From an uncultured delta proteobacterium (GTDB lineage: Bacteria; Desulfobacterota; Binatia; UBA9968), in assembly GCA_963755715.1 (NCBI GenBank), contig CAVWLW010000071.1, forward strand, positions 1 through 11,414: a stretch of DNA of 11,414 nt, in the 5' to 3' direction. Of the stretch, positions 6,025 to 11,414 are shown one piece after another (within the stretch, counting starts at the first letter, position 1; the number at the start of each line of letters is the position of its first letter). Below the pieces are notes generated by a model that saw only the letters and a list, made by a program, of their open reading frames with translations, had not been told where the DNA came from and made no database searches. The position numbers were made by a program, and so were the translations under genes.

Positions 6025-7719
6025 ATGAGTCGACAGTCCGATGCCCTCACCGTCGCCCTCACTGGGCAGCTTACTTTTATTCTTGTCCTCTCCGCCTTTC
6101 TCGCGCTGATTGCTTCGTATTTGATCTTGCGTCTTTATCGCCGCGCGGTGATCAAGTCGATGCGGCGGCGCAGTCGGAGCGCGATCCTTGAGCCCAAAGG
6201 GTTTTTGCCTCCTGAACCGGAACACAAACCGAACGACGCCGCGCTCACTTTCACTTTCGTCACGCGCGACGCCGCGCAAACGAATCCCGGCGCGGCGAGG
6301 CTCTATCGCAGCGCCAATCGGCGCCGATTACTCGTCGCCGGTGTTCACACGATTGCTGGCTGCTGCTTTGCGGCGGCGATGACCACGGCATTTTTGTCCG
6401 CTGGAAAAATGGCTTTTGTTCCTTTCCGATTTATGTTTATCACCTGGGCAAATGTCTGGCCGGCCGTTATCGCGATTGATCTTGTCGCGAGACTTTCTCG
6501 CCGCGCCAAGCTGATCGCGGCAATGGTTTATTTTCTGATCGGTGGCATCGTTGGCGCTATCTCTCTGGCCAAAAGCCCAGCTCTATCGATCGGACAGTTG
6601 TTATATCTGTGGCTCGATTTCAATGCCCCACCGACTGTTTTGCTTGCGATCTTTCTCAATCGCCGCATCCGCGCTTTGGGGCCGATGGTTTTGGTTTTCA
6701 TGATTCTAGGCGTCACCGGCGCGACTTTTGTCGTTACCCTCATCGGCCATAATCTCAAGTTGCTCAAAGCGGTCAGCGATTTCAGCCACTCGATGGGATT
6801 GACCGCGAGGGGTACCATGACGGTGCTGCATCTGATCGGTTTCACCGCTTTCGCCGTCATCGGATGGATCATTCTAGGAACGCTGCGCCGGCTTTATCAG
6901 AAAAAATACATCAGCGAGCAATCGATCACCGTCGACGCCATGTGGCTGCTTTTCGGCATCGTCAATTCCATCGGCTTGGTCTTCGAAGGGCGCTTTTGGA
7001 TCTTCAGCGGGATCGCCGCATTTGTCCTCTACAAACTCGTCGCCGTCGGCTTGTTTCATGCGTTCGGAATGGCGCGGCGCGGGAAGCCGCGTGGTCCACG
7101 CTTGCTGCTTCTCCGGGTTTTCGCCCTCGGCAAGCGTAGCGAAAATCTCTACGACTCCCTCGGCAAATCCTGGCGCGCGGTCGGCAGCATGCAACTGATC
7201 GCCGGGCCGGATCTGGCCACGTCGACTATCGAGCCCCATGAATTTCTCGATTTTGTGAGCGGAAGATTAGACCGCCGATTTATCGACACCGGCGGTAGCC
7301 TGGACCTGCGCATCGATCAAATGGATTTGGCGCCCGATGGAGACGGCTTGTTTCGCGTGACGGAGTTTTTCTGTCACGACGATACGTGGAAACTCACTTT
7401 GGCGAGGTTGGCCGATGAAAGCGATGCGGTGCTGATGGATCTACGCGGCTTTTCGCAGCAGAATTCGGGGTGCATTTTCGAAATTCACGAGCTTGTCAAT
7501 GTCTTGCCGCTGCAGCGCGTCGTGTTCGCCATTGACCAGAGCACGGACCAGACTTTCATGCGCGCGACGATGCAGCAAGCCTGGCGTCAAATAAAAGACC
7601 GCTCGCCAAATCGGCGGGCCGGGGCTGGTCAAGTTTCTTTGGTACAACTAAGCAGCGATGGCGCGATGCGCGATCTGCTCTACGCGCTCTGCGCCGCGGC
7701 GAGCACCAAGGCGGCGTGA
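6025..7719 (+). CDS. Hypothetical polytopic membrane protein (~9 TM) with a C-terminal soluble alpha/beta domain, possibly TIR/nucleoside-deoxyribosyltransferase-like
   Basis: 564-aa ORF with about nine hydrophobic segments in the first ~348 aa. The polar domain that follows contains LLLLRVF, LIAGPDLA, EFFCHDDTW and SDAVLMDLRGFSQQNSGCIFEI. The RBS is weak, so the start is uncertain. Confidence 0.85.
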   Translation: MSRQSDALTVALTGQLTFILVLSAFLALIASYLILRLYRRAVIKSMRRRSRSAILEPKGFLPPEPEHKPNDAALTFTFVTRDAAQTNPGAARLYRSANRRRLLVAGVHTIAGCCFAAAMTTAFLSAGKMAFVPFRFMFITWANVWPAVIAIDLVARLSRRAKLIAAMVYFLIGGIVGAISLAKSPALSIGQLLYLWLDFNAPPTVLLAIFLNRRIRALGPMVLVFMILGVTGATFVVTLIGHNLKLLKAVSDFSHSMGLTARGTMTVLHLIGFTAFAVIGWIILGTLRRLYQKKYISEQSITVDAMWLLFGIVNSIGLVFEGRFWIFSGIAAFVLYKLVAVGLFHAFGMARRGKPRGPRLLLLRVFALGKRSENLYDSLGKSWRAVGSMQLIAGPDLATSTIEPHEFLDFVSGRLDRRFIDTGGSLDLRIDQMDLAPDGDGLFRVTEFFCHDDTWKLTLARLADESDAVLMDLRGFSQQNSGCIFEIHELVNVLPLQRVVFAIDQSTDQTFMRATMQQAWRQIKDRSPNRRAGAGQVSLVQLSSDGAMRDLLYALCAAASTKAA

Positions 7720-7769
7720 TCCGAATCAACCCATCAAGAACGAACCATTGATTGTCAATGCGGTAGACC

Positions 7770-7830
7770 GTAGGGGAGACCCTTATGTCTGCCCTCTTTC
7801 TAACGGGCAACCACAGGGGGTTGCCCCTAC
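7770..7830. repeat. Inverted pair of GTAG-type REPs (REPIN-like) between convergent genes
   Basis: GTAGGGGAGACCCTTATGTCTGCCC at 7770-7794 faces GGGCAACCACAGGGGGTTGCCCCTAC at 7805-7830 (reverse complement GTAGGGGCAACCCCCTGTGGTTGCCC), with a 10-nt spacer. Confidence 0.8.
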
Positions 7831-7876
7831 ATGATCTTCGAATGGTTGACCACCGCAAAAAACGTTGCGCGGTCGT

Positions 7877-8827
7877 TCAGTGCCGATCATGTCCAAAGGT
7901 TTTCGTGTAATCGCGTTGCAGCTCCTTCGGAATAAACTCGTCTTCGAGCTGATGAATTTTTTGCGCCGGCAGAATCGGATCCTGGGTGCGCGGCACTATG
8001 CCCCAGGGGCTCGCTTGCGCTTTTTTGTTCCACTCTTCGAGCACCACCGGGCCACGTTCTTTGAACTCGTGCAGTAGTTCCCAAGTCGCCTGCAGCCCGT
8101 TGGCCGTCGTCAGACTCGGATACAAAACCGCCGCGGCACCAAGCTTTGCAAATTCTTCGAAGGTCGGCGATGGCCGCGCTCCGTAGTAAGGCGCGATCAC
8201 CGGCGCGGGAATGCGCCGGCAAGCCTCTTCGATTTCTTCGCGCTGGGTCAGCGTATTCACCCAGATCGCGTCCACGCCCGCTTCTTTCACGTAGGCGATC
8301 GAGCGCTCGACGGCGTCTTGGAAGTTGCCGCCTTCCGAGCCGATCGAGTCGCAGCGCGCGCAAATAACGAAGTCCGGATCAAGCTCTTTTTTCGCCGCCA
8401 CAGCGGCTTTAAATTTGCCGATCGCTTCCTCGCGCGAGATCAGCCGTCGGCCGGCAAGCGTTCCCGATTTCTTCGGCGCTTCTTGATCTTCGATGTGCAA
8501 GCCGGCGGCCCCGGCGCGGATATACGCTTGCACCGTGTGGTAGGCATTCACCGCGTTGCCGTAACCGGTGTCGGCGTCGGCGAAGATCGGAATATTGCAC
8601 GCGACGGTGAGCCGGCGCACCGCTTCAGACATTTCGCTCAAGCCGAGCAGACCGACATCGGGATAACCGTAAACGTAGGCGCATACCTGCGAGCCCGACA
8701 TAAAGAACGCCTCGTAGCCGAGCACCTCCGACATGCGCGCGTGCAGCGGGCTAAAACCGCCGGACATCACGAGGAGCTCGCGCCGGTGGAGCAACTCGCG
8801 GAATCTCGTCGATAATTTTTTTTCCAT
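7877..8827 (-). CDS. Isocitrate lyase/PEP mutase superfamily protein (PrpB-like fold, atypical catalytic loop), 316 aa
   Basis: Motifs FMSGS, GYPDVGL, PIFADADTGYG, AGAAGLHIEDQ and FVICARCD. The loop reads PKKSGT rather than KKCGH/KRCGH. Confidence 0.93.
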   Translation of the reverse strand: MEKKLSTRFRELLHRRELLVMSGGFSPLHARMSEVLGYEAFFMSGSQVCAYVYGYPDVGLLGLSEMSEAVRRLTVACNIPIFADADTGYGNAVNAYHTVQAYIRAGAAGLHIEDQEAPKKSGTLAGRRLISREEAIGKFKAAVAAKKELDPDFVICARCDSIGSEGGNFQDAVERSIAYVKEAGVDAIWVNTLTQREEIEEACRRIPAPVIAPYYGARPSPTFEEFAKLGAAAVLYPSLTTANGLQATWELLHEFKERGPVVLEEWNKKAQASPWGIVPRTQDPILPAQKIHQLEDEFIPKELQRDYTKTFGHDRH

Positions 8828-8987
8828 AATGAAAATTCCATATCACAACGCCAGGCGGCTGGAAATGTGCCGGGCGATCGTCAATACCCGAACCTTAATG
8901 TCTTGCGCCCGTAGGAGACGTCTCTCGGGCGATCGCCGGCGGCGCGGCCGCGATCTCATCAACAAATTTTTCTCAAGCAAATTTTCC

Positions 8988-9016
8988 TTGACGAGACGAA
9001 CGGCGCGCATTAACTT
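8988..9016 (+). promoter_or_regulatory. Candidate sigma70 promoter for the 9068 gene
   Basis: TTGACG at 8988-8993, a 17-nt spacer, then TAACTT at 9011-9016. AT-rich CAAATTTT direct repeats lie just upstream at 8963-8970 and 8978-8985. Confidence 0.5.
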
Positions 9017-9067
9017 GGCGTCCCGAAGATCGGAATTTTCTGTGCGTGAGATCGCAGGAGGCACGAG

Positions 9068-10066
9068 ATGAATCGTCAACGAATCAGGTCGTCGACGTCG
9101 CTTGCCGTGATAACACTCGCCTTGACCTTCGGGCTTTCAGCGGCCCGCTCACCTGCCGCCGATCGCGTCCGCATCGGCTACACCGCGCCGGGCCCTCAAC
9201 ATGGGCTTCTTTGGCTCGGCGATACCGCCGGCCTTTTCAAGAAAAACAATCTCGATGTGGAAATCATTTATATGCCTGGCAACATTTCCGCGCCCTCGTT
9301 AATGGCCGGCGAAATCCAGTTCGGCCAGATGACCGGCGCGCTGATGTCGCCGATTCGGCTCCAAGGCGGCGACCCGGTGATGCTCGTGAGCGTCCAGGAG
9401 CTGCTCGACGACCGGCTCGTCGTGCGGCCCAACATCAAGACGCCGGAGGATCTCAAAGGCAAACGCATCGCGATCTCGCGCTTCGGCGCGGCGTCGCACA
9501 TGCGCGTGCTCAACATCCTGCCGCGCTACGGCCTCAGTGAAAAAGATGTGACTTTTCTACAGATCGGCGACACGCCGGCGCGGATCATTGCCATGACGGG
9601 AAACGCGGTCGATGCCTCGAGCTTCTCGCCGCCCGATCATCTCGCGGCGCAGCAAGCGGGCATGAGGATCCTGCTCAACATGGCCGAGCTGAATATTTTT
9701 TATCAAGGAACCGGTCTGGTCTCGACGCAACGTTATATCGCGAAAAATCGCGACCTGGTTCGGCGCATGGTGAAGAGTTACGTCGAAGCGATCCATCTCG
9801 TCAGAACCAACCCCGAAGTCACCAAGCGGGCGTTCGTCAAATACCGCAAGACCAAAGACGAGAAGCAACTCGAAGACGCCTATCAAACGCTGCGCGAAAC
9901 GGTAAAAGTAAAACCCTATCCCAACCTGGAAAGCTTCAAGACCATTTTCAAAGACGTCAGCGATCGCATACCCGCCGCCAAGACGGCCAATCCCAAAGAG
10001 TTCGTCGACGTCAGCTTTCTCGAAGAGCTGGATAAATCCGGCTACATCGACGGCCTTTACCGCTAA
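9068..10066 (+). CDS. ABC transporter substrate-binding protein, NMT1/THI5/SsuA/TauA-like, 332 aa
   Basis: AGGAGG RBS, N-terminal signal peptide, and motifs VRIGY, GLFKKNNLDVEII, IKTPEDLKGKRIAISRFG and GLSEKDVTFLQIG. Confidence 0.92.
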   Translation: MNRQRIRSSTSLAVITLALTFGLSAARSPAADRVRIGYTAPGPQHGLLWLGDTAGLFKKNNLDVEIIYMPGNISAPSLMAGEIQFGQMTGALMSPIRLQGGDPVMLVSVQELLDDRLVVRPNIKTPEDLKGKRIAISRFGAASHMRVLNILPRYGLSEKDVTFLQIGDTPARIIAMTGNAVDASSFSPPDHLAAQQAGMRILLNMAELNIFYQGTGLVSTQRYIAKNRDLVRRMVKSYVEAIHLVRTNPEVTKRAFVKYRKTKDEKQLEDAYQTLRETVKVKPYPNLESFKTIFKDVSDRIPAAKTANPKEFVDVSFLEELDKSGYIDGLYR

Positions 10067-10104
10067 AAAAAGCGGCGGCAGGTATTTTTCCTGCCGCCGC
10101 TTTT
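10065..10104. terminator. Bidirectional intrinsic terminator
   Basis: Perfect 15-bp inverted repeat AAAAGCGGCGGCAGG (10068-10082) / CCTGCCGCCGCTTTT (10090-10104) with a 7-nt loop. It has a T4 tail on + and a T7 tail on -, and lies between convergent genes. Confidence 0.92.
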
Positions 10105-10133
10105 GCCCAGAGCGTAAATTAAGATTGGCGCGC

Positions 10134-11180
10134 TTAATTGCCCAGCAGTTTTTTCATTCTAGCGATAACGTCCGCCGGCTGGCTCATAACGTCCTTGACG
10201 ATCTTTTCGAGCTCTTCCCCTGACACCGGATCGAGATCGAACTGCCGCTTATCGATATCGGCGAGGAATTCGGGGTCTTTCACCGTCGCGTTGAAAGCGT
10301 CGCGCAGAATTTTCACTCGATCGGCGGGGATACCCGGCGTGCCCATCACCGGCCGGCCGAGCTGGCCGGATGCAAGCATGAGCGTCGCCAGTCGGCGGCT
10401 TCCTTCAGGAGTCTTGTAGCGGTCCATCAATTCCCACAGCGTCGGCGTTTCCGGCAGTTTCGCATCCCTTTTCTTTCCGGTTTGAATGATATTGCGCACG
10501 AAACCTTTTTTGCGCCAGGTGTGATACGGCTCGCGCGACATGAACGCTTCGATCGTGAATGCCCGACAGTGGATCTCGCCGCGTTCCACCGCTAAATCGA
10601 TTTCCGGCCCGCCTGGATAGCCTTGTACGAGATTGAACTTGGCGCCGATGGTTTCTTCGAAGAGCTTCGGCAAATAATAAGCCGAATCGGAGGTGCCTTG
10701 CGCGCCGCAGCGCGGCGGCTCTTTGGCGCTGCGCACGTCTTCGATCGTTTTGTACGGCGTATCGGCGCGCATGTACATCTGCGATTCGCCTTGCACCGGC
10801 GACCCGATCCAGACAAATTTGGCCCAATCGTATTGTGCTTCCTTGCGCCCGACGAGCTGATCGAAATAAAGCGTCGGCACGATCGTGCCGATCAAGCTCA
10901 AGCCATCCGGCTTGGTCCTGTTGTAAACGTAGTTGGCCGCGATCATGTGTCCCGCGCCTGGCATGTTTTGTACGATCATGTCCGGCTTGCCGGGAATATG
11001 CTTACCCATATGCTGCGCGAGAAGCCGGCCCCATTGATCGTACAGCGCCCCCGGCGTGGTGCCGATATAGACGGTGATAGTTTTGCCTTTGTAGAAGTCG
11101 GTTTGGGCGAATACTGACGGCACCCAACCGACGATGCCGAACACAATCAGCACGGCCAACCGTTGATAATGTTTTTTCAT
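10134..11180 (-). CDS. Bug/TctC-family tripartite tricarboxylate transporter substrate-binding protein, 348 aa
   Basis: GAGGAG RBS at 11187-11192, signal peptide VFA|QT, and motifs FYKGKTITVYIGTTPG, HIPGKPDMIVQNMPGAG, KPDGLSL and PGIPADRVKILRDAF..KDPEFLA. Confidence 0.93.
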   Translation of the reverse strand: MKKHYQRLAVLIVFGIVGWVPSVFAQTDFYKGKTITVYIGTTPGALYDQWGRLLAQHMGKHIPGKPDMIVQNMPGAGHMIAANYVYNRTKPDGLSLIGTIVPTLYFDQLVGRKEAQYDWAKFVWIGSPVQGESQMYMRADTPYKTIEDVRSAKEPPRCGAQGTSDSAYYLPKLFEETIGAKFNLVQGYPGGPEIDLAVERGEIHCRAFTIEAFMSREPYHTWRKKGFVRNIIQTGKKRDAKLPETPTLWELMDRYKTPEGSRRLATLMLASGQLGRPVMGTPGIPADRVKILRDAFNATVKDPEFLADIDKRQFDLDPVSGEELEKIVKDVMSQPADVIARMKKLLGN

Positions 11181-11195
11181 CTAGAACTCCTCGTC

Positions 11196-11235
11196 GAGAC
11201 CTAATGGCCCCGTAGGTTAACATGGGGCCTGTCTC
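11196..11235. other. Hairpin in the leader of the TctC-like gene
   Basis: GGCCCCGT (11206-11213) pairs with ATGGGGCC (11222-11229), one pair being G-U. Outer GAGAC (11196-11200) pairs with GTCTC (11231-11235). There is no U tract. Confidence 0.35.
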
Positions 11236-11414
11236 AGTCAAGCCGCGGATCGGGTGCGCAGCCTTGATGCTGTAGTTCCAAAAATCAGCGAAAATCCGGT
11301 CGCGTTTAAGCTCCCCTGAACACCGGCATACACACCCTCGAAGCCGTACGACACGGCAGCATCCGAATCTTTCAAAATTGCAATGTCAGTGAAAGGTTGG
11401 CGCAATACTTTCGC

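Noticed and set aside
8911-8937. GTAGGAGACGTCTCTCGGGCGATCGCC as another GTAG REP
   Set aside because: It has a GTAG tag but poorly matched arms and no clear partner copy; too degenerate to call.
11238-11414. Minus-strand frame open from the window edge to TGA (AKVLRQPFTD...RTRSAA)
   Set aside because: 58 codons with no recognisable motif. It cannot be told apart from intergenic DNA without flanking sequence.
1-11414. CRISPR array, tRNA/rRNA, integrase or transposase genes
   Set aside because: I saw no regularly spaced direct repeats, no cloverleaf or rRNA-like segments, and no tyrosine-recombinase, DDE or HUH motifs in the ORFs.

Overview
A bacterial accessory and transport region, GC-rich through most of its length. 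It has 11 clear genes: five solute-binding proteins from four families (two NMT1/SsuA-like, TAXI, AfuA-like, Bug/TctC) with no permease or ATPase in the window, an Amidohydro_2 enzyme, a Rid-family protein, a VOC protein, an ankyrin protein, a ~9-TM protein with a TIR/NDT-like C-terminal domain, and an ICL/PEP-mutase-superfamily enzyme with a non-canonical active site. The gene mix suggests Candidatus Binatia-like metagenomic contigs (inference only). The most notable structure is at 4930-5710. The ankyrin gene lies between two attC-like sites with mutually complementary core boxes, so it appears to be an integron gene cassette in a decayed array with no integrase in the window. The first three genes carry seven single-base frameshifts that thin out away from the left edge, most likely assembly errors. 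Several intergenic spaces hold palindromic REP-like repeats of different families.
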